Translations under genes and position numbers: made by a program
The notes under the pieces: generated by a model
Seen by the model: the letters and a program-made list of their open reading frames with translations, nothing else
The model's database searches: none
What the model was told of the DNA's origin: nothing
Assembly: GCA_951406725.2 (NCBI GenBank)
Contig: OX597833.1
Coordinates: 22,382,001 to 22,446,000 of the forward strand
DNA: 64,000 nt
DNA from: Octopus vulgaris
Lineage: Eukaryota
Reading direction: 5' to 3'
In this document: in pieces, positions 26,700-39,330 of the stretch
Layout: every line of letters starts with the position of its first letter
Numbering within the stretch: position 1 is the stretch's first letter

Positions 26700-29600
26700 A
26701 TGAATCACGGTTAGTTACTTGACTCCATCATCCTGTTGTCACCACATCCCATTCACTGATGCTTTTTGTGCTCTACATTCTTGTTGTTACATCCATCAAT
26801 CACTCTTTACCACCACCAGTTCTGAGGTACAGTTGCCCCATTTCCATCTTCTTGCCATGACACTTCAGTAAAAATTCTTCTGCTCCATATTCCAACCAGT
26901 CACTCTCTCCCATGTACCAGTTGCCACCACATACCAACCACAGTCACTCTCTTCCATGCTCTTCAGATCACATCCTAGTCACAGTTGTTCTCAAAATCTT
27001 CCTGTTGCCATTACATGCTTTGCAGTTGCTCTGTTGTCACTGCTGCTCCATGTTGTCTTGGTCACAAAATCTGATGTCAGTTTTCATATCTCACTTCCTG
27101 CTGTCACTACACTTCAGTTGGAGTTAGTTGCTCTGCTTGATGTTCCACTCACAGTTGCTACACTATCTTGCTGTTGTCACCATATTCTAGTTGCAATTGC
27201 TCTTCTGTTTGCTCCTGTGTGAACACTTCTATGTCACAGCTACTCTTTCCAATGTCCCTGTTGCCCTGTTCTTGTAGTTTCCATATTCCAGTCATAGTTG
27301 CTCTCTCCCATGTATCAGTTGTCACCTCATGCCAGTCACAGTTCTTCAAATCTTCCATGCTGCTTACTCACAGCTGTTCCCCAAATTTTACTGTTGCCAC
27401 CACATACATCACAGTTACTTTCTTCCTGCTGTCACCACTCTAGATAAAGTTACCCTACTTCATGGACCACATGTCACCACATTCTAGTCAGTCACTATTC
27501 TGTCTGTTAATATTGTCAAAACATCTTAGAGCTGCTCTTCTCTGGTAGCCAACACAGTTGCTTTTCTTCATGTTCTAGTATCACCAAATCCAAGTCACAC
27601 TCACTCAGCTCGATGTTCTTGTTGTCACAGTTGCTCTGCACCACGTTTCAGCATGTTTCCATATTCCAGTCATAGTTGCTCTCCCTATATACCAATTGCC
27701 ACCAGTCACAGTTGTTCTGTTCCATGATTCTGCTACCACCAAATCTTGATTTACACTTCATTTTCTCCATCTTCCCATTTTACCACCTCTTTGTCAGATG
27801 CCTTGCTTCACCTTCCAGCACCTCAACTCACAGTTGCTCTCTACCATGTTCTAGACTAAGTTGTTCTCTTCCATGCTGCTCTGATCACCACAACTGGTCC
27901 ACTCTAATCTTCTTGTTACCACATTTCAGTTCAAGTTGCTCTGCTCCACGTTTTCCTTGTCACATTAGTCACAGTTGCTCTGCTGCCACCACCTCTATTT
28001 TACCAGTTCTGTCATCTTGAGCTCACAACACCTCAATTCAGTTTCTAACTGCCTTCTTCCTGCTGTCTCCATTCTCCAGTTAAAGTCACTCTGTAGGATG
28101 TTCCACTCAGTTGCTCACTATCTTGCTATTGTCACCACATTCTGCTCACAATTGCTCTTCTCCATGTTCTTGTAGCCACCATATTCCAGTAAATGATGGC
28201 AGCTCTGCTTTATGTTCCTGCAGTTTCCATATTTCAATCAGAGTTGCTCTCTTCCATGTACCAGTTGTTACCACATGCCAGTCACAGTTGCTCTGCTTCA
28301 TCCTCCTGTTATCACCACATTCCAGTTTAGGTGTTCCATTCTATGTCACTGCTGCCACCAAATCTCAGTCAGTTGCTCTGCTCCATGTTTATGTTGCCAC
28401 ATCATCTTGATTACACTATTTTCTCCATCTTCCCATTGCTGCTGCCACCTCTAACAGCTGTTCTGCTTCACTTTCCTGCAGTCTCAGCATCTCAACTCAC
28501 AGCTGCTCCACTCCAATCTTTTTGCTGCCATCACATACATCGAGGTTGCTCAATTCCATTATTCTGCTATCACCACATTCTTGTCATAGTTGCTCCATTG
28601 CATCAAGCTGTTCTCATCACATTCTGGCCATAGATGTTCTGCTCCATGTTCCTGTCAGTCACTTTCTCACATGTACAAGTTGTTCTTCAAATCTTCGTCA
28701 TCATAGATGTAACTGTTGCACTTCTGTCATCACTGTTCTATGTCATATTGTGGTCATGACATCGCAATTCTCAGTCAATCACCTCCTTCTTCCTGCTGTC
28801 ATCACCAGTTCAAGGTGCTCTGCTCCATGTTCCACTCTAACTTCTGCTCACTTTTTCTCTTCAGTTTATTCCTCTTGCCAACACATCCATCACAGTTGCT
28901 CTCCATCTTCCTTTTGACACCAAATCCAAGTCACATTTGCTCTGCTTTATGTTCCAGTAGCCTCCATATTCCAGTAAAGGTTGCTTTGCACCATGTTCCT
29001 GCAGTTTCCATATTTCTAACATTGTTGTTCTGCTCCATGTTTCATGTTCCCTTGGTCACAAGTCAGTTTTTTACGTCTCTCTTCCTGCTGTCACTACACT
29101 CCAGTTAAAGTTGCTCTGCTTGATGTTCCATTCCATCTTGCTGTTGTCACCATATTCTAGTCATAGTTCCTCTTCGGTTTGCTCCTGTTGTGAACACTTC
29201 TATGTCATAGCTACTCTTTTCAATGTTCCTGTTGCCATCACAGGTGCCCTGCTCCATGTTCTTGTAGTTTCCATATTCCAGTCAGTTGCTCTCTCCCATG
29301 TACCAGTTGTCACCTCATGCCAGTCAGTCATTCTTCTAATCTTCCTGTTGCCAATGCATCCATGACAGTAGCTTTTTTTTATTTTCCTGTTGTCACCAAA
29401 TCCAAGTCACATTTTGATTGTTCTGCTACATGTTTCTGTATTTTCCAGTCATAGTCACTCTCTCCCATGTACCAGTTGTTGCCATCACATACATCACAGT
29501 TCCTCTGCTTCATCTTCCTGCAGTCTCAGCACCTCAACCCACACTTGCTATCATCCATCTTCCTGCTGTCACATTCCTTTTACTGTTGCTCACTCCCATG

Positions 29601-32600
29601 ATGCTCTGATCACCATATCCCAGTTGCTCTGCTCCAATCTTTTTGTTGTTATCACATACATCACAGTTGTTCACTTCCTTCTTTTTGCTGTCACCAATTT
29701 CCTGTTGAAATTGCTCTGCTCCATTCCATCTTGTTTTCATCACATTCAAGTCACAGCTGTTTCTCTGTCCATGTTGTCAACACCTCTATTTCACAGCTGC
29801 TCTTCATCTTCCTGTTACAAAATCCAAGTTACACTTCGTTTGCTTCATGTTCCTAGTTTTCATATTCCATTCATGGCATAGCTGCTCTCTTCCATGTATT
29901 CATTGTCACCATATACCAGATACAGTGGCTCTTTTCCATGATGCTCTGATCACTACATCCTATAGTTGCTCTACTTCAATCTTTCTGTTGCCATCACATA
30001 CGTCACTGTTGCTGCTGTCAAAACCTCTATTTCACCACTTTTTATGTCATCTTGTGGTCACCCCACTACAATTCAGTTGCTCACTTTCATCTTCCTGCTA
30101 TCACCACATTCCAGTCGCAGCCGCTCTTCTGTTTGTCCCTGATGTCAACACATACATGTCACAGCTGCTCTTCCATGTTCTTGTTGCCAACACATCCATC
30201 ACAGTTGCTCTTCTTCATCTTCCTGTTGTCACCAAATCCAAGCCACCATTGCTCTGCTCCATGTTCTCGTTGCCACCACATCTTGATTACACCCCATTTT
30301 CTGCCATTTTCCTGCACTTTAACTCATACTTGCTCTCTTCCATGCTGCTTTGATGACCATAGCCCACAGTGGCTCTGCTCAAATAGTTTAACCAGTTAAA
30401 ATTGCTCTGCTCCATATTCCACTCATCACCACATTCCCGTCAGAGATGCTGCACTCCATCTTGCTGTTTTTATTACATTCTGGTCATAGTTGCTCTTTTG
30501 TTTCTTCCTGTTGTCAGCACTTCTATGTCACAGCTGCTCCATGTCTGCTAATTCCAGTCAGTCTCCACCATATACCAGTTGTCACATGTCATTCAGTTAC
30601 TCTTTAAATCTTCCTGTTGCCATCACAAACGTCATTGTTGCTTTGCTGTCACCACCTCTATGTCACTGCTGTTCTATGTCAAATTGTGGTCTTGACACCT
30701 CAAATCACAGTTGCTTTGCTCCCTTCCTCTGCTGTAACTACACTCCAGTTGAAGTTGCTCTGTTCCATGTTCCATTCATCATTTTGCTATTGTCACTACA
30801 TTCTAGTCATAGTTGCTCTTCTGTTTGTTCCTGTTGTCAGCAACTTTATCTCACAGTTGCCCTTCTCCATATTCCTGCCGTCATCATAACCACCACAGTT
30901 GCTCTGCTCCATGTTTCTCTTTTCAACAGATCCCAGCCATTGCTGCCCTGTTCCATGATGTCGTCATTACCAAATGCAGTTACCCTTTATCATCACCAGT
31001 TCTCAAGTAGAGTTGCACTTCTGTATCTACATATCACTACATGCCAGTCACAGTTGCTTGTCCATCTTCCTGCTGTCCCTTGCTGCACATTCCTGTTGTT
31101 ACCACATGCCAGTCACTGTTACCCTGCTCCATGTTCCACTCATTTCCACAATCTAGTCATAGGTGCTCTACTCCACCTTGCTGTTATCAACAAATTCTAC
31201 TCACAGTTGCTCTTCTCAATGTTCTTGTTGCCATCACATGTCACAGTTGTTCTGCTCCACATTCTTGTTGAAACCAATTCTCAGTCAACTTGCTATACTC
31301 CATCTAGTCATCATCACCTGACGGCTGGTCCACTTTATCTTCCTTCTGTAGTATCACCTGAATTCAAAGCTCATCCATATTCCTATTGCCACCACAACCC
31401 AGTGACATTTGCTTTGCTTCATGCTCCTGTTGTCAATAAATCCTAGTCACTTCTCTGTCAATGCTGTCACAGTTGCTCATTTCATTCTTCCTGTCACCAG
31501 ACTCCAGTTGAAGTTGGTCGGCTCTATCTTGCTGTTGCCACCACATTCTGTTACACTCGCTCTTACTTTTGTTTCTACTGTTAACACCTCTATACCACAG
31601 CTGCCCTTTTTCTGCATCAGTCTTCTTGTCACCAAATTGACTTAACAGCAGCTCTGCTCTATGCTTCGTAGTTTACAGATTCCTTTCATAATTGTTCTGC
31701 TCCATGTTCCTGTTGTCACCACATTCTGGTCAGAGTTATCCTGTTCCACTTTGTTGTCATCACCTTCTGGTCGCAGTTGCTTTGCTCCATGTTCTTACTG
31801 CCATCAAATCCCAGTCACAGTTGCTCTGCTCCTCTTTGATGTTGTCACCAGCTTCTTGTCATCAAAACCCACACACAGTTGCTCTGCTAGAACTTGTAGT
31901 TGTCACAACATGCTGCTTGCATTGCTCTACTTCATGTTCAAGTCATAGTTGCTCTGCTACATGTTCCTGCTGTCATCAAATTCCAGTCACAGTTGCCCTG
32001 TTCCATCTTGCTGTTGTTACCGCATTCCAATTACAGTTGCTCAGCTTCACACTCCTATTGCCACAAAGTCTAAGTCATAGTTGCTCTGCTCCATTTTGAT
32101 GTTGTCACCCACATTCCAGTCACAGTTTCTGTGCTCCATGTTCATGCTGTTACCAAATCCCAGTCACAGTTGTTCAGCTCCACTTTGTTGTTGTCACCAT
32201 CTTCTGGTCACAGTTGCTTTGCTTCTTGTTCCTGCTGTTATCAAAACCTACACATAGTTGCTCTGCCCCAGCTTGCTGTTGTCACCACATTCTGGTTGCA
32301 GTTGCACTGCTCCACTTTTTTGGTGTCACCACATTCTGGTCACAGTTGCTTTGCTTCTTGTTCCTGCTGTTATCAAAACCCACACATAGTTGCTCTGCCC
32401 CAGCTTGCTGTTGTCACCACATTCTGGTTGCAGTTGCTCTGCTCCACTTTTTTGGTGTCACCATCTTCTGGTCACAGTTGTTTTGCTTCTTGTTCATGCT
32501 GTTATCAAAACCCACACATAGTTGCTCTGCCCCAACTTGCTGTTGTCACCACATTCTGGTTGCAGTTGCTCTTCTCCACTTTTTGGTGTCACCACATTCT

Positions 32601-35600
32601 GGTCACAGTTGTTTTGCTTCTTGTTCCTGCTGTTATCAAAACCCACACATAGTTGCTCGGCCCCAACTTGCTGTTGTCACCACATTCTGGTTGCAGTTGC
32701 TCTGCTCCACTTTTTTGGTGTCACCACATTCTGGTCACAGTTGCTTTGCTTCTTGTTCATGCTGTTATCAAAACCCACACATAGTTGCTCTGCCCCAGCT
32801 TGCTGTTGTCACCACATTCTGGTTGCAGTTGCTCTGCTCCACTTTTTTGGTGTCACCACATTCTGGTCACAGTTGCTTTGCTTGTTCCTGCTGTTATCAA
32901 AACCCACACATAGTTGCTCTGCCCCAGCTTGCTGTTGTCACCATATTCTGGTTGCAGTTGCTCTGCTCCACTTTTTTGGTGTCACCACATTCTGGTCAGT
33001 TGTTTTGCTTCTTCTTCCTGCTGTTATCAAAACCTACACATAGTTGCTCTGCCCCAGCTTGCTGTTGTCACCACATTCCTTGTTGCAGTTGCTCTGCTCC
33101 ACTTTTTTGGTGTCACCACATTCTGGTCACAGTTGTTTTGCTTCTTGTTCCTGCTGTTATCAAAACCCACACATAGTTGCTCTGCCCCAGCTTGCTGTTG
33201 TCACCACATTCTGGTTGCAGTTGCTCTGCTCCACTTTTTGGTGTCACCATCTTCTGGTCACAGTTGTTTTGCTTCTTGTTCCTGCTGTTATCAAAACCCA
33301 CATATAGTTGCTCTGCCCCAGCTTGCTGTTGTCACCACATTCTGGTTGCAGTTGCTCTGCTCCACTTTTTGGTGTCACCACATTCTGGTCACAGTTGTTT
33401 TGCTTCTTGTTCCTGCTGTTATCAAAACCCACACATAGTTGCTCTGCCCCAGCTTGCTGTTGTCACCACATTCTGGTTGCAGTTGCTCTGCTGCACTTTT
33501 TTGGTGTCACCACATTCTGGTCACAGTTGCTTTGCTTCTTGTTCCTGCTGTTATCAAAACCCACACATAGTTGCTCTGCCCCAGCTTGCTGTTGTCACCA
33601 AATTCCTTGTTGCAGTTGCTCTGCTCCATTTTTTTGGTGTCACCACATTCTGGTCACAGTTGTTTTGCTTCTTGTTCCTGCTGTTATCAAAATCCACACA
33701 TAGTTGCTCTGCCCCAGCTTGCTGTTGTCACCACATTCTGGTTGCAGTTGCTCTGCTCCACTTTTTGGTGTCACCATCTTCTGGTCACCGTTGTTTTGCT
33801 TCTTGTTCCTGCTGTTATCAAAACCCACACATAGTTGCTCTGTTCCCAACTTGCTGTTGTCACCACATTCTGGTTGCAGTTGCTCTTCTCCACTTTTTTG
33901 GTGTCACCATCTTCTGGTCACAGTTGTTTTGCTTCTTGTTCCTGCTGTTATCAAAACCCACACATAGTTGCTCTGCCCCAACTTGCTGTTGTCACCACAT
34001 TCTGGTTGCAGTTGCGCTTCACTTTTTTGGTGTCACCACATTCTGGTCACAGTTGTTTTGCTTCTTGTTCCTGCTGTTATCAAAACCCACACATAGTTGC
34101 TCGGCCCCAACTTGCTGTTGTCACCACATTCTGGTTGCAGTTGCTCTGCTCCACTTTTTTGGTGTCACCACATTCTGGTCAGTTGTTTTGCTTCTTGTTC
34201 CTGCTGTTATCAAAACCCACACATAGTTGCTCTGCCCCAGCTTGCTGTTGTCACCACATTCTGGTTGCAGTTGCTCTGCTCCACTTTTTGGTGTCACCAC
34301 ATTCTGGTCACAGTTGTTTTGCTTCTTGTTCCTGCTGTTATCAAAACCCACACATAGTTGCTCTGCCCCAGCTTGCTGTTGTCACCACATTCTGGTTGCA
34401 GTTGCTCTGCTCCACTTTTTTGGTGTCACCATCTTCTGGTCACAGTTGTTTTGCTTCTTGTTCCTGCTGTTATCAAAACCCACACATAGTTGCTCTGCCC
34501 CAACTTGCTGTTGTCACCACATTCTGGTTGCAGTTGCTCTTCTCCACTTTTTTGGTGTCACCACATTCTGGTCACAGTTGTTTTGCTTCTTGTTCCTGCT
34601 GTTATCAAAACCCACACATAGTTGCTCTGCCCCAGCTTGCTGTTGTCACCACATTCTGGTTGCAGTTGCTCTGCTCCACTTTTTTGGTGTCACCATCTTC
34701 TGGTCACAGTTGTTTTGCTTCTTGTTCCTGCTGTTATCAAAACCCACACATAGTTGCTCTGCCCCAGCTTGCTGTTGTCACCACATTCTGGTTGCAGTTG
34801 CTCTTCTCCACTTTTTTGGTGTCACCACATTCTGGTCACAGTTGTTTTGCTTCTTGTTCCTGCTGTTATCAAAACCCACACATAGTTGCTCTGCCCCAGC
34901 TTGCTGTTGTCACCACATTCTGGTTGCAGTTGCTCTGCTCCACTTTTTTGGTGTCACCACATTCTGGTCACAGTTGTTTTGCTTCTTGTTCCTGCTGTTA
35001 TCAAAACCCACATATAGTTGCTCTGCCCCAGCTTGCTGTTGTCACCACATTCTGGTTGCAGTTGCTCTGCTTCACTTTTTTGGTGTCACCACATTCTGGT
35101 CACAGTTGTTTTGCTTCTTGTTCCTGCTGTTATCAAAACCCACACATAGTTGCTCTGCCCCAGCTTGCTGTTGTCACCACATTCTGGTTGCAGTTGCTCT
35201 GCTCCACTTTTTGGTGTCACCACATTCTGGTCGCAGTTGTTTTGCTTCTTGTTCCTACTGTTATCAAAACCCACACATAGTTGCTCTGCCCCAGCTTGCT
35301 GTTGTCACCACATTCTGGTTGCAGTTGCTCTGCTCCACTTTTTTGGTGTCACCACATTCTGGTCACAGTTGTTTTGCTTCTTGTTCCTGCTGTTATCAAA
35401 ACCCACACATAGTTGCTCTGCCCCAGCTTGCTGTTGTCACCACATTCTGGTTGCAGTTGCTCTGCTCCACTTTTTTGGTGTCACCATCTTCTGGTCACAG
35501 TTGTTTTGCTTCTTGTTCCTGCTGTTATCAAAACCCACACATAGTTGCTCTGCCCCAACTTGCTTTTGTCACCACATTCTGGTTGCAGTTGCTCTGCTCC

Positions 35601-38600
35601 ACTTTTTTGGTGTCACCACATTCTGGTCCCAGTTGTTTTGCTTTTTGTTCCTGCTGTTATCAAAACCCACACATAGTTGCTCTGCCCCAGCTTGCTATTG
35701 TCACCATATTCTGGTTGCAGTTGCTCTGCTCCACTTTTTTGGTGTCACCACATTCTGGTCCCAGTTGTTTTGCTTCTTGTTCCTACTGTTATCAAAACCC
35801 ACACATAGTTGCTCTGCCCCAGCTTGCTGTTGTCACCACATTCTGGTTGCAGTTGCTCTGCTCCACTTTTTGGTGTCACCACATTCTGGTCACAGTTGCT
35901 TTGCTTCTTGTTCCTGCTGTTATCAAAACCCACACATAGTTGCTCTGCCCCAGCTTGCTGTTGTCACCACATTCTGGTTGCAGTTGCTCTGCTCCACTTT
36001 TTTGGTGTCACCACATTCTGGTCACAGTTGCTTTGCTTCTTGTTCCTGCTGTTATCAAAACCCACACATAGTTGCTCTGCCCCAGCTTGCTGTTGTCACC
36101 ATATTCTGGTTGCAGTTGCTCTGCTCCACTTTTTTGGTGTCACCACATTCTGGTCAGTTGTTTTGCTTCTTCTTCCTGCTGTTATCAAAACCCACACATA
36201 GTTGCTCTGCCCCAGCTTGCTGTTGTCACCACATTCTGGTTGCAGTTGCTCTGCTCCACTTTTTTGGTGTCACCACATTCTGGTCACAGTTGTTTTGCTT
36301 CTTGTTCCTGCTGTTATCAAAACCCACACATAGTTGCTCTGCCCCAGCTTGCTGTTGTCACCACATTCTGGTTGCAGTTGCTCTGCTCCACTTTTGGTGT
36401 CACCACATTCTGGTCACAGTTGTTTTGCTTCTTGTTCCTGCTGTTATCAAAACCCACACATAGTTGCTCTGCCCCAGCTTGCTGTTGTCACCACATTCTG
36501 GTTGCAGTTGCTCTGCTCCACTTTTTTGGTGTCACCACATTCTGGTCACAGTTGTTTTGCTTCTTGTTCCTGCTGTTATCAAAACCCACACATAGTTGCT
36601 CTGCCCCAGCTTGCTGTTGTCACCATATTCTGGTTGCAGTTGCTCTGCTCCACTTTTTTGGTGTCACCACATTCTGGTCACAGTTGCTTTGCTTCTTGTT
36701 CCTGCTGTTATCAAAACCCACACATAGTTGCTCTGCCCCAGCTTGCTGTTGTCACCACATTCTGGTTGCAGTTGCTCTGCTCCACTTTTTTGGTGTCACC
36801 ACATTCTGGTCACAGTTGCTTTGCTTCTTGTTCCTGCTGTTATCAAAACCCACACATAGTTGCTCTGCCCCAACTTGCTTTTGTCACCACATTCTGGTTG
36901 CAGTTGCTCTGCTCCACTTTTTTGGTGTCACCACATTCTGGTCCCAGTTGTTTTGCTTTTTGTTCCTGCTGTTATCAAAACCCACACATAGTTGCTCTGC
37001 CCCAGCTTGCTGTTGTCACCACATTCTGGTTGCAGTTGCTCTGCTCCACTTTTTTGGTGTCACCACATTCTGGTCACAGTTGTTTTGCTTCTTGTTCCTG
37101 CTGTTATCAAAACCCACACATAGTTGCTCTGCCCCAGCTTGCTGTTGTCACCATATTCTGGTTGCAGTTGCTCTGCTCCACTTTTTTGGTGTCACCACAT
37201 TCTGGTCACAGTTGTTTTGCTTCTTGTTCCTGCTGTTGCTCTGCTCCACTTTTTTGGTGTCACCACATTCTGGTCACAGTTGCTCTGCTTCATGTTCCTG
37301 CTGTAACCAAATCTAAGTAAAAGTAGTTCTGCGCCGTGTTCCTGCTGTCATCAAATTCCAGTCACAGTTGCCCTGTTCCATCTTGCTGTTGTTACCGCAT
37401 TCCAGTTACAGTTGCTCTGCTTCACACTCCTATTGCCACCAAGTCTAAGTCAAAGTTTCTCTGCTCCACTTTGATGTTGTCACCAGCTTCTTGTCATCAA
37501 AACCCACACAAAGTTGCTCTGCTAGAACTTGTAGTTGTCACCACATGCTGCTTGCATTGCTCTGCTTCATGTTCAAGTCATAGCTGCTCTGCTCCATGTT
37601 CCTGGTGTCACCAAATCTCAGTCATAGTTGCCCTGTTCCACCTTGCTGTTGTTACCACATTCAGTCACTGTTAGTCTGCTTCATGTTCTTGTTGCCACCA
37701 AGTCTAAGCTACTGTTGCTCTGCTCCATGTTTCGGCTGTCAGCAAATCCCAGACAGTTGCTCTGCTCCATATTGCTGCTGTAACCACATTCAGGTCACAG
37801 TTGCTTTTGTTTCTTGTTCCTGCTGTCACCAAATCTAAGTCATAGTTGCTCTGCTCTATGTTCCTGCTGTTATCAAAACCCACACACAGTTGCTCTGCTT
37901 ACAACTTGCTGTTGTCACCACATACTGGTTGCTGTTGCTCTGCTCCACTGTGCTGTTGTCACCACCTTCTAATTACAGTTGCTAAGCTCCATGTTCCTGC
38001 TGTCATCAATTCTAATAGTTGCTCTGCTCCAGGTTTCTGCTGCCACCAAATATAACAGTTGCTCTGCTCCACCTTGCCGTTGTCACTACATTCTGTTCAC
38101 AGTTGTTCTGCTCCACTTTGTTGTTGTCACCACCTTCTGGTGACCAAATCTTAGTCGTAGTTGCTCTGCTTCATGTTCCTGCTTTCATTAAATCTAATAG
38201 CTGCTCTGTTCCATGTTCCTGCTGTCATCAGAATCCACACCCAGTTGCTCTGCTACAACTTGCAATTGTCACCACATTCTGGTTGCAACTTACTTGCTTC
38301 ATGTTCATAGATACTCAGCTTCATTTCCTGCTATCATTAAATCCCAATCACATTTGCTCTGCTCCAACTTGCTGTTGTCACCACATTCAGGTTGCAGTTG
38401 CTCTGCTTCATGTTCCTGTTGCCACCAAGTCTAAGTCACAGTTGCTTTGCTCCACTTTGTTGTTGTCACCACTTCTGGGCACAGTTGCTCTGCTTCCTGT
38501 TCCCACTGTCACCAAATCTAAGTCATAGTTTTTCTGCTCCATTGTACATTTATCACACACTCTTGTTACCACATGCATTAGTCACTTTCTATCACCATCA

Positions 38601-39330
38601 GTTCTCAGCTACAGTTGCACTCACTTTTCTTCATATCACTATATTCTAGTCTCAGTTACTGAATTCTATATTCCTGCTGTCTCCACACTTCACTTGAAGT
38701 TGTTCTGCACCAAATTCCACTTGCCACTACCACATCTTGTCTGCACTTTATCTTCTGCATCCTCCTGTTGTCATCACCTCTGATAGTTTGCTCTGCTTCA
38801 CTTTCCTACACTGTCAGTTGCTCTCATCCACCTTTCTGTTGTCAGCACAGCAGAGTCACATTTGCTCTTTTTCATTTCATGCAGTCAAATTCTCTTCGCA
38901 GTTGCTTTTCCTGATGTACCAGTTGTTATCACACACCAGATATGGGTGTTCTCTTCCATGAACCTCTGTCACTGCTATCACAGCTCCTCATTTCTATCTC
39001 CCTGTTGCCATCACACTCCAGTTATAGTTGCTCCACTCCATCTTGAAATTGTCCCTAGATTCTCGTCACAGTTGCTCTTCTGCTTGCTCCTGTTGTCAAC
39101 ACTTCTATGTCACAATTGCTCTTCTCCATGTTTCTGTTGCCATTACATATGTCTTTGCTTCATGTTCCTCTTGTCACCAAATCCAAGTCACAGTTCACAT
39201 GCTCCATGTCCCAGTAGTTTCCATATGCCAGTCACAGCTGCTCTTTCCCATATACCAGTTGTCACATGTCAGTCACAGTTACTCTCTTCCTCAGACATAT
39301 TGTGTTCCTATTGCCATCATGTCAAGTCAC
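26700..39330. repeat. Satellite domain of diverged ~44-bp monomers
   Basis: Recurring consensus CACAGTTGCTCTGCTCCATGTTCCTGTTGTCACCACATTCCAGT; top strand strongly C/T-rich. Confidence 0.9.
32209..37280. repeat. Homogeneous 132-bp higher-order tandem repeat (3 x 44 bp), about 38 copies
   Basis: A=CACAGTTGTTTTGCTTCTTGTTCCTGCTGTTATCAAAACCCACA, B=CATAGTTGCTCTGCCCCAGCTTGCTGTTGTCACCACATTCTGGT, C=TGCAGTTGCTCTGCTCCACTTTTTTGGTGTCACCACATTCTGGT. Variation is mostly in poly-T length. Confidence 0.97.

Noticed and set aside
32209-32252. RSS-like motif in monomer A (CACAGTT, 24-nt spacer, ATCAAAACC)
   Set aside because: 6/7 heptamer and 7/9 nonamer match but the spacer is 24 nt, there is no 12-spacer partner or inverted copy, and no RAG/Transib ORF; probably chance.
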